From the NCBI GenBank assembly GCA_036918135.1, contig JBALDB010000002.1, positions 64,001 to 128,000 of the forward strand: DNA of 64,000 bases. The letters run 5' to 3'. The notes beneath the pieces are model-generated. The model searched no databases. It had not been told where the DNA came from and saw only the letters and a program-made list of their open reading frames with translations. This document shows, piece by piece, positions 32,285 to 41,227 of the stretch. Every line of letters begins with the position of its first letter. The stretch's first letter is position 1. The position numbers and the translations under genes were made by a program. The DNA comes from Nostoc sp. Its GTDB lineage: Bacteria; Cyanobacteriota; Cyanobacteriia; Cyanobacteriales; Nostocaceae.

Positions 32285-32418
32285 AAGAAATTATCGATTC
32301 ATTGTGTAATTTCAATAACTACAATTAATAAAAGTCTATAGTGAAGTTAATACAAAAAATTATTTGATTCTTTATGTAATCCGAATAACTACAATTAGTA
32401 AAAATCTATAGTAAAGTT
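32285..32418. repeat. About 70-bp tandem duplication upstream of porin gene
   Basis: Two copies of ...GATTC..TGTAAT..AATAACTACAATTA.TAAAA.TCTATAGT.AAGTT at 70-nt spacing. Confidence 0.8.
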
Positions 32419-32505
32419 GCTATGCCTTTAGAAAATGTCCGTCACAAAGGGGCAAAAGACTACAGGGGAGTGGTTTTCGTTACTCTTGTGCATAGATTCG
32501 GCAAT

Positions 32506-32605
32506 TATAGCAGGAGGCAGAAGGCAGCCATGCTGGAGGTAAAACTATTACTGTTCCCAGCATTCATCTTTTCAAAATGTCCTAAAGGGTGTGACTACGG
32601 CTATA
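32506..32605 (+). mobile_element. MITE-like element family A, copy 3
   Basis: TATAGCAGGAGGCAG...GTAAAACTATTACT...GTCCTAAAGGGTGTGACTACGGCTATA. Confidence 0.75.
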
Positions 32606-32859
32606 TAATTAATTAGCCAGACTGGCTATGAGGGCTAATTCTTAGTGCAATTTAGTCAAAGTATTACTCTAAGTTGTAATTAATTATTTTCTAATAGATA
32701 ATTAGAATTTATGTTACATGTTAGCTTTTTCTTGAATTTAGCTTGGAAGCAGCAATTACCTATTTACATTGCAATCATATATTTGATGGTCAAGCGGATT
32801 GCATAACTTTTGACTAGCTTCAAGTTTTAGAATATCCTTTTAATTAGATTAATTCGAGT

Positions 32860-34176
32860 TTAGGCAAAATCATAATGAGGTATTGTAATAATAAACTTCG
32901 TTCCCTTACCAGAAGTTGATAAACAGTTGATTTGTCCATTGTGTTTATCAACAATAATTTGGTAGCTAATAGCTAATCCTAGTCCAGTTCCCTTACCTAC
33001 AGGCTTAGTTGTAAAAGATGGCTCAAAAATTCTAGCTTGTACTTCAGGAGGCATACCCAGAGCATTATCCTCAATGCAAATTGTCACAGTTTGTTGTAGA
33101 TGTTGAACTGATGTAGTAATTGTAATGGTATTAGAGAAAGCAGCAGTTATTTCTTGCTCTGAGCCGTTTTGATAAAGGTCGTCGAATGCATCAATAGCAT
33201 TAGCAATAATATTCATAAATACCTGGTTCATTTGTCCAGGATAACAATTGATTGGAGGTAAATTACCGTATTGGATGATAACCTCGATTTGAGGACGGTT
33301 TCCTTGGTCTTTGAGCCGATGTTTTAATAGCATCAAAGTGCTATCAATGCCTTCGTGAATTTGAAACTCTATCTTAGATGAAATATCAAAGCGAGCAAAG
33401 GTTCTCAAAGACAGGCTAATGTCCTTAAGACGACTAATTCCTTGACGCATTGATTGTATAAGTTTTGGTAGATCCTCAACCAAATACTCTAAGTCAATTT
33501 CTGCCAAGAGTTTTTCAATTTCTATGTCTGGGTGTAGTAGCTTTTGCTGTTGGAGATTTACTATCTGAAACAGCTCCTTAATATATTCTTCAATATAAAA
33601 GCAATTTCCACTAATAAAACCAATTGGGTTATTAATCTCATGACCTATACCTGCAACAAGTTCTCCAAGAGTGGACATTTTCTCGCTTTGGATTAGTTGT
33701 AGCTGGGTTTGTTGTAACTGTTGTAGAGATTGGGTTAATTCGGTGGTGCGTTCTTGCACTTTTTGTTCTAAGGTACGAGTGAGATGGGAGATTTTTAGGT
33801 GTAACTTTAATCGCGCAATTACTTCTTCCTGTTGGAAAGGTTTAGTGATATAGTCAACTGCACCAATTTCTAGTCCTTTAACTTTGTCTGTGGCATCGGA
33901 TAAGGCAGTCATAAAAATGACCGGAATATTTTGAGTGATGCCATTGGCTTTGAGTCTGCGGCAAGTTTCAAATCCATCAAGACCCGGCATCATCACATCG
34001 AGGAGAATAATATCAGGTTTAGCGTATTCTGTTTGTTCGATCGCCGATTCTCCATCTGTGGCCATCAGTGCTTTCCAACCACATCTCTGAATCGCTTCTG
34101 ATAGTACTTTCAGATTATTGGGATTGTCGTCTACCAAGAGGATACGCACTGGTTGGAAAAGAAGATCGTCTATCAT
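32860..34176 (-). CDS. REC-HisKA-HATPase hybrid kinase
   Basis: [21 protein letters not shown] and GTGLGLA. Start overlaps the upstream stop (TAATG). Confidence 0.92.
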   Translation of the reverse strand: MIDDLLFQPVRILLVDDNPNNLKVLSEAIQRCGWKALMATDGESAIEQTEYAKPDIILLDVMMPGLDGFETCRRLKANGITQNIPVIFMTALSDATDKVKGLEIGAVDYITKPFQQEEVIARLKLHLKISHLTRTLEQKVQERTTELTQSLQQLQQTQLQLIQSEKMSTLGELVAGIGHEINNPIGFISGNCFYIEEYIKELFQIVNLQQQKLLHPDIEIEKLLAEIDLEYLVEDLPKLIQSMRQGISRLKDISLSLRTFARFDISSKIEFQIHEGIDSTLMLLKHRLKDQGNRPQIEVIIQYGNLPPINCYPGQMNQVFMNIIANAIDAFDDLYQNGSEQEITAAFSNTITITTSVQHLQQTVTICIEDNALGMPPEVQARIFEPSFTTKPVGKGTGLGLAISYQIIVDKHNGQINCLSTSGKGTKFIITIPHYDFA

Positions 34177-36980
34177 TAGACTGACTCCATCGTGATAAAA
34201 GATTTGATAAACTTACGTATTTTTGCGGTTTGAAAATCGGCTGTAAGTTTAGTTAACTCGACTGCAAAAGTAGTTAGTTGGGGATTTAGTTCAATTAGCT
34301 CTTTTAACATTTCCTCTATTGCCGGTATATCTCCCATCATTGCCAAATGATAGAGTTGCTGCAAAATATCTTCAGATGGCAAAATCAATTCACTATCTTG
34401 CTCATTTCTAGCAGAAGACTGTTGAAGTGGAAATGGGGTATAAATCCAGTCAAAATTTAGTGGCGATCGCTTCTGTGCTACCTCGAAGGCAGAACGTAGT
34501 GCCTGAAATAGTTCATCAATTTGGAAGGGTTTAGGCATAAATGTTGTTGCCCCTGCTTCTAAACTCCGCAGACGATTGGACTCGAAGACGTTGGCACTAG
34601 AAACAACAATCGGAATACCAAGAGTTTGAGGATTGTTTTGGAGATGAACCATAAACTCAAAGCCATCCATATTAGGCATAGCTAAATCTAGTAGAATCAC
34701 ATCCGGGTTATTTTCAGTTGCTAGTTGTAACCCATGTTTGCCGTCTGCTGCTGACAAAGTTCGACAACCAATTTCTTGCAGCAAACTTGTTAACATCGAA
34801 CGGTGGCGATCGTCATCATCAACAATCAGAATTTGAGGTCCGTTACCTCGAATACCGATGATTTTTTGGTGACTGCTAGCAGTTTTTTCCTCATTCCATT
34901 CGTGGGAAAGTGGTACTGTCAAATCTAGCCAAAATAGACTGCCTTCGCCTAAATGACTCTGTACCTGAATTTGGCTATTCATCAATGCTGCAATTTTTTG
35001 ACTGATGGCCAATCCTAAACCAGTACCCTCAGAACATCGTTCTGCCTCACCTACTTGCTCGAAGGGCAAAAAGATTTTTTCTATTTGCTTTGATGACATC
35101 CCAATACCCGTATCTTCAATCTGGAAGCGAATTTTAGTAATTGGGGATTGGTCATTCTCCTTGTCTTTGTTGTCCTCTGTCTCCACTACCTCTACTTTGA
35201 AGGTTACGTCACCCCTGTCTGTGAACTTGATTGCATTACCTAACAAATTAATTAATACTTGCCGTAGTCGCTTTTCATCCGTTTCAATAGCAATTGGTAA
35301 GCGATCGCTGATTAAAATATTAAAATTAATTCCTTTGTCCTGAGCTCGGATACCACAAATTTCAGTTATACCATTTAGAAAACTAGGCAAATGCACGCTA
35401 GTGGTAACTAACTCTAATTTACGAGCTTCAATTTTTGAGAGGTCGAGAATGTCATTAATTAGCGTTAATAGGTGCGATCCGCATTGGTAAATAATTTTAA
35501 CTCCTTCGAGATTTTTTTCTGTGATGTTTGGCGATCGCTCCAGCACTTGAGCAAAGCCAAGAATACCATTGAGTGGTGTCCGTAGCTCGTGGCTCATATT
35601 CGCCAGAAACTCGCTCTTAGCCTGATTAGCAGCATCAGCAGCTTGCTTGGCTTCTAGTAATTCATGAGTTCGTTGTTCGACTTTGACTTCCAAGGTTTTG
35701 GAATAATCTAAGAGTTGAGCGTTAGCAATTTCTAATTGCTGGTTCGTTTCTTCTAACTTTTGCTGTTTATAGGCATTTATTGTCGCAATCACGCTGCTGA
35801 TGAACGCAGCCAAGGAGGGCGTGATTGGAATTAGAACACCATACAAAAATATCCCGTAGCTACCTGCCATCAATGCCCCACAGATACCTGTAGTTGCCCA
35901 AAGAATTTTCCCACCTGGAATCTGTTGCTTGGTACGCGCACTGACTAACCACCAACTACCACCAGAACCAATAACAGACCATAAAATAATCCACAGCAAC
36001 ATAGCCATGCCAGAAACACCATGTATGTTTGCTGTCCCCGTTTTTGCCCCTTGCACCAGTTGATGGGCAATATTGGCATGAATAACTACACCAGGTGTAG
36101 GTTTTTGAGCAGAAATTAAGGAAGAACTGAAGGGCGTGCTAAAGAAGTCGTTAGTACTAGCAGCAGTCGATCCAATGAATACCATGCGATCGCGCATCAG
36201 GTCTGCCGGAATTTTTCCTGCTAACACATCCCGCATTGCAACTGTACGAAATGCTGCTTCCGTTCCATACCAGTTGAGCAGAATTTGATACCCTCCTATA
36301 TCGGCATCACTATAGCCTGCTTCTTGGTTTTTGAGTGGCTGGTAAATTGCTTTGCCTAATTGAAACTTCTGCTGCTGCTCATCAATACTTTCTAAGGTAA
36401 TTTTTTCGGCTTCTAGGTACTTAAGAGCTACAAATGTTGCTAATCCTGGTTTAATTTTTCCCTCTTCTTTGGCATCGACTGCTGTCAAGAGGGCACGACG
36501 TACAAAGCGATCGCCATCTAACACCAAATCTGCTAATCCGACTCGATCGAGTTTCTTCAATTCCGGTGGCGGATTGACACGCTCGCCGGTGATTTTCTCA
36601 ACGCCGATCAAATTGGGAGTGCTGCGAAAAATTTTTGCAAGTTCCTCATGTCCGCTTCCTTCTGGTAAATCTCGATATAGATCCAAGCCGATAGCTCTCG
36701 GCTGCTGCGCCCGAATCTTTTCTAGCAATTTTGCTAATGCCCAATCTGGAACTGGCCATTTACGCACCGATTGGATATCTTGTTCATCGATTGTGACAAT
36801 CACAATTTCATCAGCGATTGTCTTGTGCGATCGCTGACGAACCCATTCATCACGAATTTTCCATTCAACTAAATTGAAAAATCCCAATGATTGCCCAACA
36901 ATGACAGTCAACGCAACACTGGAAGTAATAATCAAAACGCTACGAGTGCGTTGGATAAGGGTCTGTAATCTGCACCACAT
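34176..36980 (-). CDS. CHASE2-domain hybrid histidine kinase
   Basis: [30 protein letters not shown] and PGVVIHA (CHASE2); TM helices; [13 protein letters not shown]. Likely ATG at 36980. Confidence 0.92.
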   Translation of the reverse strand: MWCRLQTLIQRTRSVLIITSSVALTVIVGQSLGFFNLVEWKIRDEWVRQRSHKTIADEIVIVTIDEQDIQSVRKWPVPDWALAKLLEKIRAQQPRAIGLDLYRDLPEGSGHEELAKIFRSTPNLIGVEKITGERVNPPPELKKLDRVGLADLVLDGDRFVRRALLTAVDAKEEGKIKPGLATFVALKYLEAEKITLESIDEQQQKFQLGKAIYQPLKNQEAGYSDADIGGYQILLNWYGTEAAFRTVAMRDVLAGKIPADLMRDRMVFIGSTAASTNDFFSTPFSSSLISAQKPTPGVVIHANIAHQLVQGAKTGTANIHGVSGMAMLLWIILWSVIGSGGSWWLVSARTKQQIPGGKILWATTGICGALMAGSYGIFLYGVLIPITPSLAAFISSVIATINAYKQQKLEETNQQLEIANAQLLDYSKTLEVKVEQRTHELLEAKQAADAANQAKSEFLANMSHELRTPLNGILGFAQVLERSPNITEKNLEGVKIIYQCGSHLLTLINDILDLSKIEARKLELVTTSVHLPSFLNGITEICGIRAQDKGINFNILISDRLPIAIETDEKRLRQVLINLLGNAIKFTDRGDVTFKVEVVETEDNKDKENDQSPITKIRFQIEDTGIGMSSKQIEKIFLPFEQVGEAERCSEGTGLGLAISQKIAALMNSQIQVQSHLGEGSLFWLDLTVPLSHEWNEEKTASSHQKIIGIRGNGPQILIVDDDDRHRSMLTSLLQEIGCRTLSAADGKHGLQLATENNPDVILLDLAMPNMDGFEFMVHLQNNPQTLGIPIVVSSANVFESNRLRSLEAGATTFMPKPFQIDELFQALRSAFEVAQKRSPLNFDWIYTPFPLQQSSARNEQDSELILPSEDILQQLYHLAMMGDIPAIEEMLKELIELNPQLTTFAVELTKLTADFQTAKIRKFIKSFITMESV

Positions 36981-37004
36981 ATTTACGCTAAATGGGGATT
37001 GGGG

Positions 37005-37075
37005 ACACTTCTGTGCGAGACGCTTCGCGAACGGCAAGCTCCCTTCGACAAGCTCAGGGCGGCGCAGTGCATCGC
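37005..37075. repeat. Nested small dispersed repeats
   Basis: CTTC[21 nt]GGCAAGCT[CCCTTCGACAAGCTCAGGGCGGCG]CAGTGCATCGC within a GGGGA tract. Confidence 0.55.
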
Positions 37076-37415
37076 TGGGGAAGGGGGACTAGAAATTTTG
37101 GATTTCAATCTAAAATTGTTTCCAATGCTTCATCCCCCATGTCCGAATGGCACGCTCATTAAGCGCAAACCCTTGATATAACTGGATGAATGGGTGTGGG
37201 TTGTGGGCTGAGTGGGTGTGGAGAATTAAGAAGATATTGAACTTTGCCACGCAACTAAAATTTAATGGTTGCTGAGCGCAACCGAAGCATTGTCTTAAAC
37301 ACTACACCCAACACCGTTCGGCTGACGCTCACAGGCGTTGCCCTACCCCCAACAAAGAGCCAAAAGCGAGGTCTGACATGAGTCTTAGTGCCATTCCTGC
37401 ATGCCCAAATTGCTA

Positions 37416-38402
37416 TTAATTGGCAGATAATACTAACTTGGCTGTGACAATCTCTTTCAAGCTAACTGAAGATAGGAGTTCTTCCCATTGATTGCTAAGA
37501 GTCGCATTGGTAGGTTGGGCGCTGCGTAGCGCTGCAAGTGTTTCCACGCAGTCATACCATACGCCATTTTTACCAAAAGCCGCTGCCCGCTTCAAAGCAT
37601 CTTTCTGCTGCATCGCTGTTGTTAGTTCAGCAGTAGGCTGGATGCGCTGAATCCAACCATCGACATAAGGTGTACTTGGGCTAAGTTGTCCGTCAACTTT
37701 GACAGCTAGGAACCAATGATAATTTTTCCCGACTGCTAAAGCGGGTGCATCGGTTGGTAATTTGACAGCAATCACCCCAGCTTTGCCCGCAATTGGAAGC
37801 GTCATTTGATGCTGAGTATTGCCAGCTTCATCCTTGAGGCTGAATACGGCTTCTTGTGCATTAGAAGCAGGAAGATATACCAGAATTGTGGGACGTTCAG
37901 ATACCGTTGTGCCATAGAAGCTTTGGGGTAAAAGTGCGATTAGGGCTGCTGGGCCTGCTGTTCCGATTGAAGGATTTAAATAGTAAGTACCAATGCGAGA
38001 AGCTCCCCCACTTGCCTGTTGAGGAGCCTCTTTCCCTGAAGCAGGTGTAAATAGGTCACCTCTGGACGCGCCTCCTGTTGCTTGTTGGGGTGTACCCTTG
38101 TTCCCAGCGTTAGGTGTAAAGAGATTGCCTCTAGAAGCTCCTCCCGTTGCTTGTCTGGGAGCGCCTTTTCCAGCGTTAGGTGTAAAGAGATTGCCTCTAG
38201 AAGCTCCTCCTGTTGCTTGTCTGGGAGCGCCTTTTCCAGCACTAGGTGTAAATAGACTGCCGCGAGAAGCTCCCCCGGTCGCTTGGTTGGGAGCGCCATT
38301 ATTGATTGGTGGCGTAAATGTCACAGCGTGGGCACTGTTCCATGTACTGCTAGTAAGCAGAGCAATGATGCTCAATGTACTAACTAAATATCGAGGTTTC
38401 AC
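37416..38402 (-). CDS. DUF928 domain secreted protein with five N-terminal repeats
   Basis: Signal peptide (AHA-V), 5x GGASR repeats and DUF928 motifs (GTTVSERPTILVYLP, YHWF, GWIQR, GVWYD). GTG at 38402 has a GAGG RBS. Confidence 0.88.
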   Translation of the reverse strand: MKPRYLVSTLSIIALLTSSTWNSAHAVTFTPPINNGAPNQATGGASRGSLFTPSAGKGAPRQATGGASRGNLFTPNAGKGAPRQATGGASRGNLFTPNAGNKGTPQQATGGASRGDLFTPASGKEAPQQASGGASRIGTYYLNPSIGTAGPAALIALLPQSFYGTTVSERPTILVYLPASNAQEAVFSLKDEAGNTQHQMTLPIAGKAGVIAVKLPTDAPALAVGKNYHWFLAVKVDGQLSPSTPYVDGWIQRIQPTAELTTAMQQKDALKRAAAFGKNGVWYDCVETLAALRSAQPTNATLSNQWEELLSSVSLKEIVTAKLVLSAN

Positions 38403-38588
38403 AATTTTATACCTCAAATAAAAGTAATAATTAATACAAATGTTATAGTTTTGGAAAGAAGCTTGTAAAATCGCTTCAGCTTAGATAATAAGGCTTAAAT
38501 GCCTACTAACAATATAAACTAACCTTGACTGGTATACCGTAAAAATATATGCAAGTTATTGATAAATACTTCAAGTGTAATTACGCAA

Positions 38589-41150
38589 TTATAGCCAGTT
38601 GCCAACCAAAACGAAGGCAGACCAAAAGAAAGGATCGTGGAAATCAGTTTGGCGGATCAGATTAATTTGGGCTTGCCGCAGTGCTTCGGCTTTAGCGATT
38701 TTGGGCTGTCGCAATTGCTCATAGAAGCGCGTCATCAGCATCTCGGCTGCTTTATCTTTGACAGGCCAGAGGGTAGCGATAGTTGAGCGAGCGCCGGATT
38801 TGACAGCCAAGCCTGCTAGTCCCAGAACGGCGCGGTCGTCTCCTGCTGCGGTATCACAAGCACTCAATACTAGTAACTCGATCGCTTTTGATGAATTACC
38901 ACTACGATTTTTGAGGAGTTCGGACAATTCCTTGACATTAACTTGTCCATCCCAGGTAAGTAAGAAAGTATCTTCGAGACGGGAGCTAAACTGTCCGTGG
39001 GTTGCTAAGTGGACAACATCAGCCCTAGTAAATTTCACTCGCTCGGCAAGGGCTTGACTAGTAAATTGCTGGTTGAGCAACATTGAAGATGGTACCGCCT
39101 TCGAGATTTGCTTGACTTCTGATTCCACAGCAGGCAAAGCACTAAAGCCATTACGAGATAGGCTGATACCACCGACGATCGCATCAATACGATTTTTCAG
39201 GAGCGATTGCGTATTTATCAATTGCATTCCCGGTGAGAGGGCAATAGCATACTTCTCAATCAGATATTGCTTACCGTCATACAGGGCTGCTATCGGAATA
39301 TTACGTAATTTTCCATCTAAAACAAATACCAGTGTTTTACTGTCTTTGAAGGCTCGATCCATTTCCCCAGGGCGAATCAGCCAATCATAAATTTCTTCAG
39401 ACAAGCGATCGCGCTCTTTGGCATTTGAAACAGGATTGAAGTTAACTAATAATTTTTCTAGAGTTTGTTCGATTTGATTTTGAGATTTTTGAGTCGCGTA
39501 GTAACGCAACGGTTGTCCGGTGGTGGAGAAAATTACTGCTAGGCGATCTGGCAAGATAATCGGGTAAACAACAGTTGCATTAGGGTCAACTTGGTCAATC
39601 TGCTGCGCTCTATCTAAACACGCTTCCCGAAAAAAGTTATCGAGTTCTGCAACTTGCAGGGCCTCAATCAAATCACGAGCTTGCATCAGGTCTGTTTGAC
39701 TTGGTTGCCGGTCTAGGAGTAGATCTACAAGTTCGCGGTAAACAGGTTCCACACTTTCACGAAAGGAGAACTGAACATCGGGGTTGACAGCAACCAAATC
39801 CCCTCGTAGTGACTTTAAGGCTTTGACAGCTTCAGTATAGGCAGTAATTGCTTGTGGGCGATCGCTTTGTTGTTTATACAACTGTCCCACCTGCCAAGCA
39901 GATTGAGCAATGATATCCTCAGCTTGGAGTTGACGCGCAATATTGAGGGATTTCTGAGTTAACTCTTGTGCTTGTGATAACTGCTGTGTACGACGATAGA
40001 GTTTTCCCCATTGATGCAATGCGTAAGCTTCGGCTTGAGCATCTTGGATTTGCTGTGCAGACTTGACTGTGACTGCCATCAGTTGTGCCAAGTCTTTTAG
40101 CGGTACGATTTGGTCAGGATTTGATTGCCGATTTAGGGTGGCAACAAAATTGATCGCTGCGTAGAGAGAAGTGTGACTAGGGGGGAGTTCTCTAAGTTGT
40201 TGTAATAGTTGCGGTGCGATTGGGGTAGCCAACTCAGGCTTGTCGTAATCGAGGAAAAGTTTGAAACGCCCTAAATACGCTTGTAAGCGATCGCCTGGAT
40301 TTGTCGCTACCTGTTGAGCCTGTTCAAAATAATTCAATGCTGTTTCTGGATCTTGCAAGTCAATAGCGGTTTTTCCTAAGTTCAGTAGGATAGAACTTAA
40401 TTGAGGTGTAGTTTCAAGTTTGTCGGCGATCGCTAAACTTTGCTCTAACACCTGTTGACTCTTGCCAGGATCGCTAATCATTTGCAAAGCTAAACCAAGC
40501 GATCGCAACCCACTAACTTTAATTTCCGAATCTGGCATTGCTGCTAACTTTTGAGTCAGCGTCTCCAACTGCTGTTTCGAGCGACGGTAAAATCCTAAAC
40601 TTTGTAAAGCTTGTGCTTGGTTGATTTGACTACCCAAGCTGCCCATTTTATCGCCTGCTTGTTCATAATATTTTTCAGCTTGTTGCCAACTTTCCAGGGC
40701 GATTTCAGCTTTGCCAGTATGCAGTTGTAAATTACCTTGTGTATTCAATATTTGTGCCCAGAGAATTGCATCCGCAGAAGGCGTGATAGTTTGCAAAAGT
40801 TTCACGCTTTGCTTAATAGATTGACTAGCTGCTTCCCATTGATTGAGTTCTTGTTGTGCTAGTGAAAGGTAACTTAAGCTGAGGGCTTCGTTCAGGCGAT
40901 CGCCTTGGGTATGGTACTGTTGTGCTGCCGTTTGCCAAATCGTCACTGCTTCTGCAAAGCGTCCTGAACGGTAAAGATTCCGTCCCTGTTCTAGCCAGTT
41001 ATTAGGTTGAGTGGATACTGACACATTCAGCGTAGAAGTTGTCGGTACTTGCATAGATGCTTTAGCAGGTGTTATTGTCACTACCAAACACAAGCTGAAA
41101 ATACTCAGACTGATATATAGCCAACGACGTTTTTTAATTTGGAAAGTCAC
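38589..41150 (-). CDS. Secreted TPR-CHAT (caspase-like) protease
   Basis: Signal peptide, TPR repeats, HLATHG and LSACDT catalytic dyad motifs, HDPFFWSAFVLVGNW. Confidence 0.92.
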   Translation of the reverse strand: MTFQIKKRRWLYISLSIFSLCLVVTITPAKASMQVPTTSTLNVSVSTQPNNWLEQGRNLYRSGRFAEAVTIWQTAAQQYHTQGDRLNEALSLSYLSLAQQELNQWEAASQSIKQSVKLLQTITPSADAILWAQILNTQGNLQLHTGKAEIALESWQQAEKYYEQAGDKMGSLGSQINQAQALQSLGFYRRSKQQLETLTQKLAAMPDSEIKVSGLRSLGLALQMISDPGKSQQVLEQSLAIADKLETTPQLSSILLNLGKTAIDLQDPETALNYFEQAQQVATNPGDRLQAYLGRFKLFLDYDKPELATPIAPQLLQQLRELPPSHTSLYAAINFVATLNRQSNPDQIVPLKDLAQLMAVTVKSAQQIQDAQAEAYALHQWGKLYRRTQQLSQAQELTQKSLNIARQLQAEDIIAQSAWQVGQLYKQQSDRPQAITAYTEAVKALKSLRGDLVAVNPDVQFSFRESVEPVYRELVDLLLDRQPSQTDLMQARDLIEALQVAELDNFFREACLDRAQQIDQVDPNATVVYPIILPDRLAVIFSTTGQPLRYYATQKSQNQIEQTLEKLLVNFNPVSNAKERDRLSEEIYDWLIRPGEMDRAFKDSKTLVFVLDGKLRNIPIAALYDGKQYLIEKYAIALSPGMQLINTQSLLKNRIDAIVGGISLSRNGFSALPAVESEVKQISKAVPSSMLLNQQFTSQALAERVKFTRADVVHLATHGQFSSRLEDTFLLTWDGQVNVKELSELLKNRSGNSSKAIELLVLSACDTAAGDDRAVLGLAGLAVKSGARSTIATLWPVKDKAAEMLMTRFYEQLRQPKIAKAEALRQAQINLIRQTDFHDPFFWSAFVLVGNWL

Positions 41151-41227
41151 AGGTAGTTACTGATGGTTTAAGAGTTTGTTTAGTCAAGTAATTGCAATGC
41201 CTTTTATGTTTAAATTCTTGGAACAAA

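Noticed and set aside
32285..32418. Two-unit repeat as a mini CRISPR array
   Set aside because: The whole 70-bp unit is duplicated, with no spacer.
32422..32616. 64-aa ORF
   Set aside because: Mostly MITE sequence.
36981..37037. N-terminal extension of the CHASE2 kinase
   Set aside because: Derived from nested repeat DNA; ATG 36980 is more plausible.
37995..38318. 66-nt periodic DNA repeats as a CRISPR array
   Set aside because: In-frame coding repeats with no unique spacers and no cas genes.
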